A stretch of 64,000 bases of DNA from Nitrospiraceae bacterium (GTDB lineage: Bacteria; Nitrospirota; Nitrospiria; Nitrospirales; Nitrospiraceae): assembly GCA_050246315.1 (NCBI GenBank), contig JBFWWG010000002.1, positions 160,001-224,000 on the forward strand, in the 5' to 3' direction. The notes beneath the pieces are model-generated. The model was given only the letters and a program-made list of their open reading frames with translations, did not search any database and was not told the origin of the DNA. Position 1 is the stretch's first letter, and each line of letters starts with the position of its first letter. Below are positions 11,632-22,600 of this stretch, piece by piece. Made by a program: the position numbers and the translations under genes.

Positions 11632-12255
11632 ATGTATCGCATTCTGGTTGCCGATGATTTCCCGGTCATTCGGGAAGGCGTCACCAAGGTCGTGAGTAAG
11701 GTCATGCCGGTGACGATCGGCGAGGCCGCCGATATTCCCGAAATGTTGCGGCTCGTCCGGACTCAAACTTGGGATGTCCTCGTGCTGGACATCAATATGC
11801 CGGGAGGGAGCTCGATCGACGCGCTGCGGGAGGTCAAACGCGAATATCCCAAGTTGCCGGTTCTGGTGCTGAGTATGTATCCGGAGGAGCAGTACGCATT
11901 GCGGATGTTTAAGGCCGGTGCCAACGGATACCTCACCAAGACGGCGATCCCCGCTGAATTGGTGCAAGCCATCCAGAAGGTGCTCGGTGGCGGCAACTAT
12001 GTCACCCCGCTGATCGGCGAACAACTGGCCGTGGCCTATGGAGTTCCAGGCATGCATCGCAATCATCTCAGTAATCGCGAGCTGGAGGTCTTGAGGCTGA
12101 TCGCTTCGGGCAACACATGCACGGAGATCGCCGACGAACTGTCGTTGAGCGTGACGACCATCATCACCTACCGAGCGCGCATTCTCGAGAAGCTTCATCT
12201 GAGAAACAACATGGACCTGACGCGATACGCGCTTGAGCAGAAACTGGTCGTCTAG
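11632..12255 (+). CDS. NarL/LuxR-family response regulator
   Basis: VADD, LDINMPG, LSNRELEVL HTH. Confidence 0.95.
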   Translation: MYRILVADDFPVIREGVTKVVSKVMPVTIGEAADIPEMLRLVRTQTWDVLVLDINMPGGSSIDALREVKREYPKLPVLVLSMYPEEQYALRMFKAGANGYLTKTAIPAELVQAIQKVLGGGNYVTPLIGEQLAVAYGVPGMHRNHLSNRELEVLRLIASGNTCTEIADELSLSVTTIITYRARILEKLHLRNNMDLTRYALEQKLVV

Positions 12256-12637
12256 CCCGCATTCTTCACGAGAGGTGGTCACGAAACCGTACAGATGCGA
12301 CGCGGTGAACCCATTGCATTGGAAGCGCAATGGGTCTCGTGCGAAGAGCCTCAACCTGAAGGGTTGTCGCTATCTGCGAAGCTCCATCCGAAGGGCGAAC
12401 GAATCACACGCAAGACGGACGAGAGACAAAAGCCACCGGCGGATCTCTTTATCGGCGTCGAGACAGAAGGGCTTCGTCCGATGAGCCGCTGGTTCATACT
12501 AAGTGGGGTATGTCCCTCTTCGCTCCTCTCCCGCTCCCGACCGGCTGGACGGCCTTTTTCAACAGGCTCCGGACTATGTTGAGCCCATGGGCGAGCTCCA
12601 GCCCGGAGCTCACAGTAGTTTCGTGACAGCCTGCTAG
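12252..12637. repeat. Nested MITE-like intergenic element (repeat family copy A)
   Basis: Bounded by CTAG; inner IR AGGTGGTCACGAAAC (12273-87) / GTTTCGTGACAGCCT (12618-32); core shared with the 47.4 kb and 58.5 kb copies. Confidence 0.7.
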
Positions 12638-12685
12638 TCGTTCCTCCAGACAGATACCGACCAACGTTGCAGCACGCTGCCACGC

Positions 12686-14059
12686 TCACGAGGTTTCTTG
12701 GGGGTTATGCCAGCCGCCGTCGATAAGCCGATCGGCCTCACGAGGACCCCAGGTGTTCGGCTCGTATTCGTACAACGGCGTCGCCACTCCTAGGATCGGT
12801 TCCACCACACGCCAGGCGGCCTCCACGCCGTCTTCGCGTGCGAAAAGCGTGGCGTCGCCCCTGACGGCATCGCCAAGGAGACGTTCGTAGGCATCCATAT
12901 TGTCCCCGGAGCTATGGTGCGCGACAAGCTCGATGCGCTCTCCCACCATCGCTTCCCCTGGCACCTTGGCCTTGGTGCCCAGGGCGATCAGCACGTCGGG
13001 GCTGAGCCGAAAGCGAAAATGGTTCGGTAGCGCCGGTTCGCGCTCGTCCAACACGGGGCAACACGGCCGCTTGAACTCGACCAGCACCTCAGTCGCTGTG
13101 ACGCGGAGGCACTTGCCGACCCGCACATAGAACGGCACGCCGGCCCACCGATCGCTGTCGATGTGAAACCGGAGTGCCGCGAACGTTTCCACCAGTGAGT
13201 CGGGTGCTACGCCGTCCTCCCGTCGATAGCCGCGGAACTGGCCCCGCACAACGTCTGAAGGACCGACCGACCGAATGGTCCGAAAGACCTTCACGCGTTC
13301 GCTTCGCATCGCTTCATGCTCGCTCTCGGCGGGCTGCTCCATGGCCAAAGTGGCGATCAACATCAGCATGTGATTCTGCACCACGTCTCGGATTGCTCCC
13401 GCCTCTTCATAGAAACGCCCACGACCCTCCACGCCGAAGCGTTCGGCCATCGTGATCTGCACACGTTCGACATGGCTGCGATTCCAACCGGCTTCGAGAA
13501 ACGGATTAGCGAACCGGAAGTACAGGAGGTTTTGGACCGGCTCTTTTCCAAGGTAGTGATCGATGCGGAAGATGGCTTGCTCCGGGAAATGCGCGCGCAG
13601 CGTCTTATTGAGCCTTTGAGCCGACGCCACGTCTCGACCGAAGGGCTTTTCCACAATAACGCGGGCATGAGCGACACAGCCGGACGTTGCCAAACTTTCG
13701 ATCACCGGCGCGAACAGACTGGGGGGAATGGCCAAATAGTACAGCGGGCGGCTCGCGGCAGCGAGTTCCTTGCGCAGACGGCCAAACGTGCTCGGATCGC
13801 GATAGTCGCCATCGACATACCGGAGCAATCCGGACAGCTTGGTGAACGCCGATCCGTCCACACCGCCGGATTTCTCGAGGCTGTCGTGGACGCGCATCTT
13901 CAACTGATCGAGATTCCATCCTGACTTCGCTACACCAATGACCGGTATATCAAGCTGGCCGCGACGGACCATGGCCTGTAGGGCAGGGAAAATTTTCTTA
14001 TGGGCAAGATCGCCGGTGGCGCCGAAAAACACGATCGCATCGGACTTTACAGTCACCAT
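12686..14059 (-). CDS. zwf: Glucose-6-phosphate 1-dehydrogenase
   Basis: [21 protein letters not shown] motifs. Confidence 0.97.
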   Translation of the reverse strand: MVTVKSDAIVFFGATGDLAHKKIFPALQAMVRRGQLDIPVIGVAKSGWNLDQLKMRVHDSLEKSGGVDGSAFTKLSGLLRYVDGDYRDPSTFGRLRKELAAASRPLYYLAIPPSLFAPVIESLATSGCVAHARVIVEKPFGRDVASAQRLNKTLRAHFPEQAIFRIDHYLGKEPVQNLLYFRFANPFLEAGWNRSHVERVQITMAERFGVEGRGRFYEEAGAIRDVVQNHMLMLIATLAMEQPAESEHEAMRSERVKVFRTIRSVGPSDVVRGQFRGYRREDGVAPDSLVETFAALRFHIDSDRWAGVPFYVRVGKCLRVTATEVLVEFKRPCCPVLDEREPALPNHFRFRLSPDVLIALGTKAKVPGEAMVGERIELVAHHSSGDNMDAYERLLGDAVRGDATLFAREDGVEAAWRVVEPILGVATPLYEYEPNTWGPREADRLIDGGWHNPQETS

Positions 14060-14144
14060 GATCACGCTCCTTTCTCGCCGGCCCGAGATCACATAAGAGT
14101 CGAGATCCTAACTCCACACGTCTCCGCCCGGTTTTATGTTGGCT

Positions 14145-14178
14145 TAGCCCGCATGATTCATGACGGTTCGTTGCCTAG
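14145..14178 (+). repeat. Isolated left-end remnant of the TAGCCCRCAT... repeat
   Basis: TAGCCCGCATGATTCATGACGGTTCGTTG vs TAGCCCACATTATTATTCATGACGGTTCGTCG at 58363. Confidence 0.6.
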
Positions 14179-14338
14179 CACCCGGTGCGCATGAAGAGGC
14201 AACGGGGACCCGACCGTCGCCGAGCTAGACGGACAAGCACCGGCATGGTGGCACACGCTTTGGGCGCCGTTCGAAGCCCGGCATTCCGGATTCAAGAGGA
14301 GGATCGTGGTTTCCAAGTGCTGCGACCAGAGCGTCCGC

Positions 14339-14701
14339 TCACGCATGCTCTTTCAGATTGCGCTCGAGATAAGACTTTAACGCGAGCGCGTTGTTGTGCT
14401 CCTTGTCCTTCGCCCCGTACAGCAACGTGATGGGACCCTTTCGGACCGCCAGAAGGAGCGGACGCCAGGCTTCAGGCTTCTTGTCGAGCTCGGCGAAATA
14501 CCGGGTTTGGAATTCTTCCCATTTGTTCGGATCGTGATCGAACCATCGGCGCAGCTCCTCGCTCGGCGCCACATCCTTCAACCAGCCGTCCACATGGAGC
14601 GAGGTCCGCTTGACTCCCCTTGGCCACAGTCGATCAATCAAGAAACGGACTTCCTGACCATCGGATGGAACCATCTCATATGCTCGTTTCACCTGTATCA
14701 C
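14339..14701 (-). CDS. DUF488 (YeaO-like) protein
   Basis: IDRLWPRG, WLKDVAPSEELRRWFDH, HNNA motifs. Confidence 0.92.
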   Translation of the reverse strand: MIQVKRAYEMVPSDGQEVRFLIDRLWPRGVKRTSLHVDGWLKDVAPSEELRRWFDHDPNKWEEFQTRYFAELDKKPEAWRPLLLAVRKGPITLLYGAKDKEHNNALALKSYLERNLKEHA

Positions 14702-15142
14702 AATCTCCCCTCGCTCAGCTTCTTCGATGCCGAGCCCCCGGCCTCGGCGAGAAGCTGACGCTCCTGTCGAATGACCAGGACACCTCTCTCGCTCGTCCGT
14801 TCTTTCCGCCGCCCGCCGGTTGGGACTTGGTATCGCCCCGGCCCCGCTTGCCGGACATCGGCATCGCTCCGTTGCCTCAAGTCGAATTCAACCTCTTTCG
14901 AACGTCATGCTCATAACGACAACGCCGAGGTTTTCCTGCATCCGCGGGCAGCCAGCACTTCTCAACGTCGAATCACGCCATGAGGCAGGCAACCGGAATG
15001 GAGAGATCTGATGGGCCAATCGTCACTATGGCCGATATGGCCGAGAACCGCCGCTTCACCGTGCCGCGGCGACAAGTCCTCGGACGTCCCCCGCACGTGA
15101 GGAAAGCAGACAAACCGCAACTGCCCACGCGGCAGTCGTTCG

Positions 15143-16663
15143 TCAAGGCGCACCACCCTCGAATTGCAATCGTTCTTCTTCCTCTCTCTGTAGCGCGGTG
15201 ATCATCGAGTCCTGCATCAGTCGATGCATCTCTGCGCGCTCCACTTCCGTCAGACACGTCTTGGCGTCCTGGACGGCTGCCGTCAACAACGTCGAGGCCA
15301 GGGACGAAGGACTCTGTGAGAGGACCGATGCCATTGCGACAACCTCCGCGTAGATGCTCTGGTCAAGCTCCAAGACGAGCTGTTTTCCCCGAGGTCGGGT
15401 AGCCCCCGGCCCGGTTCCGGAAACGGACCGGATTGTCCGGATCAACGCCGCCACAGGACTGCCGTGCTCGAAGCCAAACATCACCATGTTCAGAAAGCGG
15501 TTTTCAAACTCCTTTTTCGCTTCATACACCCAGCGCCCCTGCTTGAGTTCGGTGATGTCTCCCACCGGGACGCGGAGTGCGGACAGGTATGCGGCATGGT
15601 CCTGTCCGCCTTCCATCACCCGCCGCCTGTGTTCTTCGTTCGCGCGTTGAAGAGGCCGGCCATGTAAGCCTGCAACGAGGTTATGGCAGGCGATGTGCAC
15701 CTCCTCCTGGATCGCGTCCACAGTTTGAGGAAGGCCGACCTCCACCGGGGTTGAGGAAGCGCGACTCGGGGTAATGCAGATCCCTGTCGCGAAGACCTTC
15801 TCGTATCGCTCGCTTCTTAGGTAGTGATCGACCTTGAGCAACCCATGGGCATCGGTGGGAAGAGCGCTGGCGGCAACGGCAGGGATGCCGCCGAACCGCG
15901 GCCAGTAGACACCGAAGACATAGCGAATGTCTTCTCCATTCGTGCTTCCATCATCCCTGTGTCTCGTGATACGGATGCGTTCGTCCGTCACGTCGACGGT
16001 TTCGGCGCTTCCGATCCACTGAATGTCATGAGCCGTCAAGGCACGAGTCAGTGGCTCTTGTAAAGCCGAGCCGCCGATACCCAAATGGCCTTGGTAGGGT
16101 TCCGGGGTGATGACGGTGATCGGCGCGCGGCGCCTGATCCCGCGCCTCCGAAGATCGGCATCGACGAGAAAGGCGTATTCGTAGACGGAGCCCAGAATCG
16201 CCGCGCCGGGCGCCGCGCCGATCACCATGGGTCCGGGGCGACGCACAAACTGTTCGTAGGCCTGCCTAGTCTCCAACGCCTGTTCGAGGGTAAGCACGCT
16301 ATGGAGCGCTGCGAGACCGGGAACCTCGTGCCATCGAGGAACGGCACCGCAGGCGATTATGATGGCATCGTAGGAGAGTTCCTGGGTCTTATCGACCATG
16401 ATGCGACTGCGATCGGCGTCGATGGTCGTTACGGCTCCATGTACGAAACCGATTCCGTGCGCCTCTAGGTACGGCTTCATAGGGATGACGATGTCGGCCT
16501 CGATGCGCCAACCGACCGCCAGCGCCGGATTGGAAGGGACGAACTGAAAATAGTCTCGGTCTGACACGACGGTGATGCGGGCGTCGGCGCCAAGCCGGCG
16601 CTTGAGCTCATAGGCGGCCGGCACGCCGGCGATACCGGCGCCCATCACGATAAGGTCGGGCAT
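15143..16663 (-). CDS. SQR-like flavoprotein lacking catalytic Cys, with C-terminal RHH-like extension
   Basis: GAGIAG FAD motif, FQFVPSNP, EPYQGHLGIGG, GRWVYEAK match type I SQR; start MPDLIVMG after GGAG RBS, 35 bp after narI. Confidence 0.88.
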   Translation of the reverse strand: MPDLIVMGAGIAGVPAAYELKRRLGADARITVVSDRDYFQFVPSNPALAVGWRIEADIVIPMKPYLEAHGIGFVHGAVTTIDADRSRIMVDKTQELSYDAIIIACGAVPRWHEVPGLAALHSVLTLEQALETRQAYEQFVRRPGPMVIGAAPGAAILGSVYEYAFLVDADLRRRGIRRRAPITVITPEPYQGHLGIGGSALQEPLTRALTAHDIQWIGSAETVDVTDERIRITRHRDDGSTNGEDIRYVFGVYWPRFGGIPAVAASALPTDAHGLLKVDHYLRSERYEKVFATGICITPSRASSTPVEVGLPQTVDAIQEEVHIACHNLVAGLHGRPLQRANEEHRRRVMEGGQDHAAYLSALRVPVGDITELKQGRWVYEAKKEFENRFLNMVMFGFEHGSPVAALIRTIRSVSGTGPGATRPRGKQLVLELDQSIYAEVVAMASVLSQSPSSLASTLLTAAVQDAKTCLTEVERAEMHRLMQDSMITALQREEEERLQFEGGAP

Positions 16664-16698
16664 GATTACTCTCCGATCCTGCGTCGCGGTCACCCTCG

Positions 16699-17391
16699 CT
16701 ACCGCCGGTGCAACCCCGAACGCACCACCTGATACGGCCGCACGAGATAGCCCAGCAGCGCAAACCCACTCCAAATGTGAACCAGCCTGCTGAAGGGAAT
16801 GAGCGCGAACAGCGTCATCCCCAAAACCAGGTGAACCTGATAGACCAACGGCATGGTCGCCACCAAGGACGCCGCGCCGCCCCGAAACGTGACGATATGA
16901 CGGGCCCATTGGGACAAGGGAATCAGGTAGCCTCCCGAGAGTTCGCGGGCAGAAAAATATAGAGTGGTGAGGCCGAACAACAGGGTGAGAAGAATCCACA
17001 CCAGCACGACCAGATCCATCACATGCGTGGTTGCGCGGATCCTCGCATCCGTGACCCGGCGATGAATGAGCAGGAGCAGACCGGCCAAGCAAACAGATCC
17101 AAAGAGGCCGCCGCTGATCATGGCCACCAACTGATGCCCGCGCAGACTGATCCCCAGAATTCCAAACACTTCCGGCAGGAGGAGACCGACGAAATGTCCC
17201 AGAAAGAGGAACAGCACTCCGACATGAAAAAGATTGCTGCCGAGCCGGAGCGTATTTCGCTTGAGCAGCTCGCTCGAATGGCTCGTCCAGGTATACTGGC
17301 CCCGTTCAAAACGCAGCAAACTACCCAGGAGAAACACGGAGCCGGCTAGATAGGGATAAATCTGAAAGAAGAACTCGTGGACATCGCCCAT
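16699..17391 (-). CDS. narI: Respiratory nitrate reductase gamma subunit
   Basis: YPYLAG, YTWTSHSS, heme-ligand His in LFHVG/LGHF/VHL/LVHIW, RPYQVVR. Confidence 0.96.
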   Translation of the reverse strand: MGDVHEFFFQIYPYLAGSVFLLGSLLRFERGQYTWTSHSSELLKRNTLRLGSNLFHVGVLFLFLGHFVGLLLPEVFGILGISLRGHQLVAMISGGLFGSVCLAGLLLLIHRRVTDARIRATTHVMDLVVLVWILLTLLFGLTTLYFSARELSGGYLIPLSQWARHIVTFRGGAASLVATMPLVYQVHLVLGMTLFALIPFSRLVHIWSGFALLGYLVRPYQVVRSGLHRR

Positions 17392-17400
17392 TGCGTCTCA

Positions 17401-18030
17401 TCATCCTCTCGAATCATGTCGAGCATCACCAGATCCGCCAGAGCCAGCGAAGTCACTCGCCGGAGTCCACCGCATTGAACTCCGATCACGGTTGCCTCGC
17501 ATTGTGGAGAGGATTGGGGTCAGCGCCGAACGGGAAGTCAGCGTCAGAAGAGCCTCGAAAGCGCCGACGTAGGGAGAGCCGGTATCTGCAAGCCGGTGGC
17601 GCAGGATCTGTACGACATCGTCGATGTCGGCGAGTCGCCCTTGCGCGTCTTTCGGCGGGATCAGGGACAGGAACTCGAGAAACAGCGGAAGAAAATCCGG
17701 CAATTCCCGGCTCGTCGGCTCCAGACCGAACCGTCGGTATTCTTCCACCAGTCGAGCCATCGCCTCACCTCGCTCGCGAGAATCCCCCATCCTGTGCTCG
17801 AAGACATGCAGTGAATGAGCGGCATTGCGATCAAACGTCTCGACATAGGCTTCCTGTAGATCGATCAACGGTCCGCGTTCGAGATAGGTGAACAGCCCCT
17901 CAAGCCGACGCCCGGCACGCCGGCCTCGTCCGGTCTCGGCGGAGACCATCGCCCGCAACTCACCGACCGACTGGAGCCAGTCCTGTTGGGGATAGGTCAA
18001 GAGCAGCGCGATGGCCTTATAGAGCCTCAC
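17401..18030 (-). CDS. narJ: Nitrate reductase chaperone
   Basis: YVETFD, SRERGEAM, ELPDFLPLFLEFL. Confidence 0.95.
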   Translation of the reverse strand: MRLYKAIALLLTYPQQDWLQSVGELRAMVSAETGRGRRAGRRLEGLFTYLERGPLIDLQEAYVETFDRNAAHSLHVFEHRMGDSRERGEAMARLVEEYRRFGLEPTSRELPDFLPLFLEFLSLIPPKDAQGRLADIDDVVQILRHRLADTGSPYVGAFEALLTLTSRSALTPILSTMRGNRDRSSMRWTPASDFAGSGGSGDARHDSRG

Positions 18031-19574
18031 GGCCTGCGGTTCCCTCTCCGGATGTCATTAACGCTAATGAGTTGCTGATTTGCCCGCCCCTTACCGGCGA
18101 ACAGACTTGCGCCCGTGACTCCTTCGGAAAATCGACTGTCGGCGGAGAAACCGCAGGAGCCCTGGTCATCGAAGGTGTGCGACAGGGCTTCCTGATGACT
18201 GGTAGGGATGACAAATCTGTCTTCATAATCGCCGATCGCGAGATACCGGTACATCTCCATAATCTGAGCTTCGGTCAGGCCTACCAGTTGGATCAAGGAC
18301 ATATCGGCTTGGCCCTCCAGGTCTTTCGTTCGCATGTACCGCCGCATGGCGAGCAATCGATCAACGGCGCGCACGATAGGCTCTTCGTTTCCTGCGGTGA
18401 GGAGACTGGCGAGGTATCGTATCGGTATCCGGAGCGAGGAGGTGTGCGGGAGCGGGTCGGTTTCCAGCGGTCCGACCTCGGCTGAATTGACCGCCGGCGA
18501 GAGCGGCGGGATGTACCACACCATGGGCAATGTCCGGTATTCGGGATGGAGCGGAAACGCCAGTTGCCACTCGACCGCCAGCTTATAGACTGGAGAGCGC
18601 GTGGCCGCCTCCAGCCAATTGTCGGGAAGCCCGTCCTGTTTCGCCTGGGCCTGTACAGCCGGATCATGGGGGTCCAAGAACAGGCCAAGCTGGGCCTCAT
18701 ACAGATCCTGTTCGTGTTCGACGCTCGCCGCTGTTTCGATCCGGTCCGCGTCGTAGAGGATGACGCCCAGGTATCGCAGACGACCGACGCAAGTCTCCGA
18801 GCAAATCGTGGGCTGGCCCGATTCGATGCGTGGGTAGCAGAAGGTGCACTTCTCGGCCTTCCCGGTGCTCCAGTTATAGTAGATTTTTTTATAGGGGCAC
18901 CCGCTGACGCACATCCGCCAGCCGCGACACTTGTCCTGGTCCACGAGCACAATGCCGTCTTCTTCGCGCTTGTAGATCGACCCGGATGGGCACGAGGCAA
19001 CGCAGGTGGGATTCAAACAATGCTCGCAGAGCCGCGGCAGGTAGAACAGAAAAGTGTTCTCGAACGAGGCCAGAAGGTCCGGATCGAGTCCATCGCAGTT
19101 CACGTCTTTGAGCCGTTCCGCCGTCTCGCCTCCGAGATCGTCCTCCCAATTCGGGCCATGCTCAATCTTGTCTTTGACCTCACCGGTAATGATGGACAGA
19201 GGTCGGGCGGTGGGCACGGTCGCTCCTTCCGGCGCGTACTGGAGCTGGTCGTAGTCGAACGTGAACGGCTCGTAATAATCGTCGAGCTGCGGCAGGTGGG
19301 GATTTGCAAATATGTTGGCCAGGATTCGCCAGCGCGCCCCCTGCTTCGGCTCGATCGTGCCGTCTTGTTTTCGCCGCCATCCGCCCCTCCAGTGTTCTTG
19401 GTTCTCCCATTCGTGAGGATAGCCGACGCCAGGCTTGGTTTCGACATTGTTGAACCAGGCGTATTCCACGCCTTCACGAGAGGTCCACACGTTCTTGCAG
19501 GTGACGGAGCAGGTGTGGCAGCCGATACACTTATCGAGGTTCATGACCATGGCCACCTGCGCGCGGACTTTCAT
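18027..19574 (-). CDS. narH: Respiratory nitrate reductase beta subunit
   Basis: MKVRAQVAMVMNLDKCIGCHTC, RLCEHCLNPTC, KCRGWRMC, KCTFC. Confidence 0.97.
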   Translation of the reverse strand: MKVRAQVAMVMNLDKCIGCHTCSVTCKNVWTSREGVEYAWFNNVETKPGVGYPHEWENQEHWRGGWRRKQDGTIEPKQGARWRILANIFANPHLPQLDDYYEPFTFDYDQLQYAPEGATVPTARPLSIITGEVKDKIEHGPNWEDDLGGETAERLKDVNCDGLDPDLLASFENTFLFYLPRLCEHCLNPTCVASCPSGSIYKREEDGIVLVDQDKCRGWRMCVSGCPYKKIYYNWSTGKAEKCTFCYPRIESGQPTICSETCVGRLRYLGVILYDADRIETAASVEHEQDLYEAQLGLFLDPHDPAVQAQAKQDGLPDNWLEAATRSPVYKLAVEWQLAFPLHPEYRTLPMVWYIPPLSPAVNSAEVGPLETDPLPHTSSLRIPIRYLASLLTAGNEEPIVRAVDRLLAMRRYMRTKDLEGQADMSLIQLVGLTEAQIMEMYRYLAIGDYEDRFVIPTSHQEALSHTFDDQGSCGFSADSRFSEGVTGASLFAGKGRANQQLISVNDIRRGNRRP

Positions 19575-19612
19575 AAGACCTCCGTTCGTGACCGTCTTGG
19601 ACCACCTCAACG

Positions 19613-22600
19613 TTAGCCCGTCGTCGGACCGGCGCTCCATGTGACATGATCGAGCTTCCGCACGACGACCATCTCGTCTCGGTTGGTCCCGACCGTTCCA
19701 TAGTAGTTGTAGCCATAGGCCAGGTGCGCATAGCCACCGATCATGTGAGTCGGCTTCATCACAATCCTCGTCACGCTGTTGTGAATGCCCCCTCGCCGTC
19801 CCGTGGTCGGGGCCAGCGGCATGTTGATGATCTTGTCCTGCGCGTGGTACATCATCGCCACTCCGCGCGGAATCCGTTGGCTGAGGATCGCCCGCGCCAC
19901 CAGCGCGCCGTTGACGTTGACGACCTCGATCCAATCATTGTCCCGGATACCAACTTCCTTGGCTTCCGTCTCCGACAACCAGACGACGGGACCGCCTCGG
20001 GACAAGGTAAGCATCGGACTCGTCTCGCTGTAGGTTGTATGGATTCCCCACTTCTGGTGAGGTGTGATCCAACTGACGATAAGGACGTTCTTTTCATCCT
20101 CTCCCCGCCGACGGCTCAGCGCGTCAACGGATCGGGTATCCACGGGCGGCTTGTACGCACAGACCTGCTCGCCGAAGAGGCGCATCCACGGATGATCCTG
20201 GTAAAGCTGTTGGCGCCCGGTCAGGGTCCGCCAGGGGATGAGTTCCTGGATGTTGGTATAGTTCCCTGTGTAGGAGACCTTTTCCGACTCGATGCCGCTC
20301 CAAGTTGGCGAGGGGATGACCTTCCTGGGCTGGGCCACCAGGTCATCGAATGAGAACGATTCCTCGGCCCGCCCCTCGGCCAGATGTCTGTGCGATCGAC
20401 CGGTCCGCTGCGAGAGAGCGTCCCAGGCCTTGACCGCGACGCGACCGTTCGTTTCCGGAGCCAACGTCAGGATGGCTTGCGCCGCCTGTCGTGCCGTGTT
20501 CAGTTTCGGATAGGACTCTCGCTCGTCCAGGCTCACCTCCCCATTGACCTGGCGCAGCGCTTCGACCTCTTCCCTACTGTCCCATACGATTCCCTTCGCC
20601 CCGGTTCCCAGATCGCGCGTTAACGGCCCGAGTCTGATGAATCGATCGTAGGTCTCGCCATAGGGTCGCCTGACCACCGTCATGGTGGGCATCGTCTTGC
20701 CGGGGATGGCTTCACAATCTCCTCGCTTCCAGTCATCCGCCCTCATCGGCTGACCGAGCTCGCTCGGTGTATCGTGCAACAGAGGCGTCAGCACCAGGTC
20801 CTTTTGCGTGCCAAGGACCGGTCCGGCAAGTTCGGAAAACTTCCTGGCGATTTCTTTGAAAATCTCCCAATCAGACTTGCTCTCCCAGAGGGGATTCACG
20901 GCTTCACACAGCGGGTGGATGAAGGGGTGCATGTCCGACGTGTTCAGATCGTCCTTTTCATACCAGGTCGCGCTGGGCAGCACGACATCGGAATACAGGC
21001 AGGTCGAGGACATACGAAAATCGAGCGTCACAAGCAGATCGAGCTTTCCTGTGGCAGCCTCATCTTGCCAGACGACTTCGCATGGAAGCGGCGCCTCCTG
21101 TTCCTTGAGATCGGGTGCCAGGACGCCGTGGGGAGCACCGAGCAGATGCTTCAAAAAGTATTCATGACCCTTGGCGCTCGATCCGACCAAGTTGGAACGC
21201 CAGAGGAAGAGGTTTCGAACAAAATTTTGAGGATGATCGGGATCTTCCGAACCGATCGCGAGCTTGCCGCTTCTGAGCTGCTCGACGGCATACGCGATGG
21301 GGTGCGTTCCTGTCGCTTCCGCTTCGCTCACGACATCGAGCGGATTCCTGTTGAGCTGAGGCGCGGAAGGAAGCCAGCCTCTGCGTTCGGCCCGTATGTT
21401 CCAATCAATAAGATGTGTGGCATCCGCATCCGGATCGTCCTTGGCCGTCGGCGAGAGAATATCCGCCGGTCGCAGCGTTTCATACCGCCACTGGTCGGTA
21501 TGGGCATAAAAGAAGGAGGTACCGTTCATGTGTCGAGGCGGCCGGAGCCAATCCAATGCGAACGCCACGGTGGTCCAACCGGCAAGCGGCCGCACTTTTT
21601 CCTGTCCGACATAATGAGCCCACCCGCCGCCCGATCGCCCGACGCACCCGCACATGACCAGGATGTTGATGATCGCGCGGTAGACCATGTCGGTGTGGTA
21701 CCACTGATTGATCCCGTTCCCGACGATGACCAGTGAACGGCCTCGGGTCTTGTCCGCGTTCTCCGCGAACTCACGGGCGAGACGGATGATCTGATGGCGG
21801 GGGACGCCCGAATGTTTTTCGGCCCAGGCCGGCGTATAGGGCATGTCCCGATCGTAGTTCTGTGAAGTCTGATCGTCTCCAAGCCCTCGATCGAGACCGT
21901 ATCCGGCCAGCAGGAGATCATAGGCAGTGACCACGAGGCTCTCGCCATGAACGGTGCTGAGCCGCCGGGCCGGAACCAACCGGTGCATGATGGATGGGTG
22001 ATCGTCCTCAAAGTAGGGAAAGGCGACCGACACGATCTCGTCGGCCTGCGGCAGTACGCTCAGGGCCGGCACGATCTTGCGTCCGGTCGTCGCGTCGATC
22101 AGATCGAGATTCCACCGTCCTTTCTCGCGCCACCGAAAGCCGATGCTGCCGTGAGGCGCGCACAGATGTCCGGTGGCCTCATCCACGATCACCGTCTTCC
22201 AGTCCGGATTGTTGGTTTCGCCCAGTTGGCCGTCGAAGTCGGATGCTCGAACAAACCGGCCCGGCTCATATCCGTCGCCGGCGGGGCGCAGGAAGACCAA
22301 CATGGGCATGTCGCTGTACTGGCGGCAGTAGTCCAGAAAGTAGGGACTGCGGGCGGTCAGATGAAATTCCTTCAGGATGACATGGCCGAGCGCCAGGGCC
22401 AACGCGGCATCGGTGCCTCGGCGGGGAGCCAACCAAAGATCCGCAAACTTCACGTATTCCGCGAAGTCCGGAGCCACGGCGACGGTCTTGGCGCCTTTGT
22501 ATCGGGCAGCCGTATAGAAATGTGCATCGGGAGTCCGCGTCTGCGGAATGTTCGATCCCCAGACGACAATGTAGGAGGAGTTGTACCAGTCGGCAGCCTC

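Noticed and set aside
12476..12500. Hammerhead-like CCGATGAG in the repeat core
   Set aside because: The core requires CUGANGA plus GAAA and flanking stems, which are absent in all three copies.
16664..17092. 143-aa N-terminal extension of the SQR-like ORF (649-aa call)
   Set aside because: Overlaps narI out of frame; RBS and FAD motif support the start at 16663.
19575..19934. N-terminal extension of the narH ORF
   Set aside because: Overlaps narG; the canonical MKVRAQ start with GGAGG RBS is at 19574.
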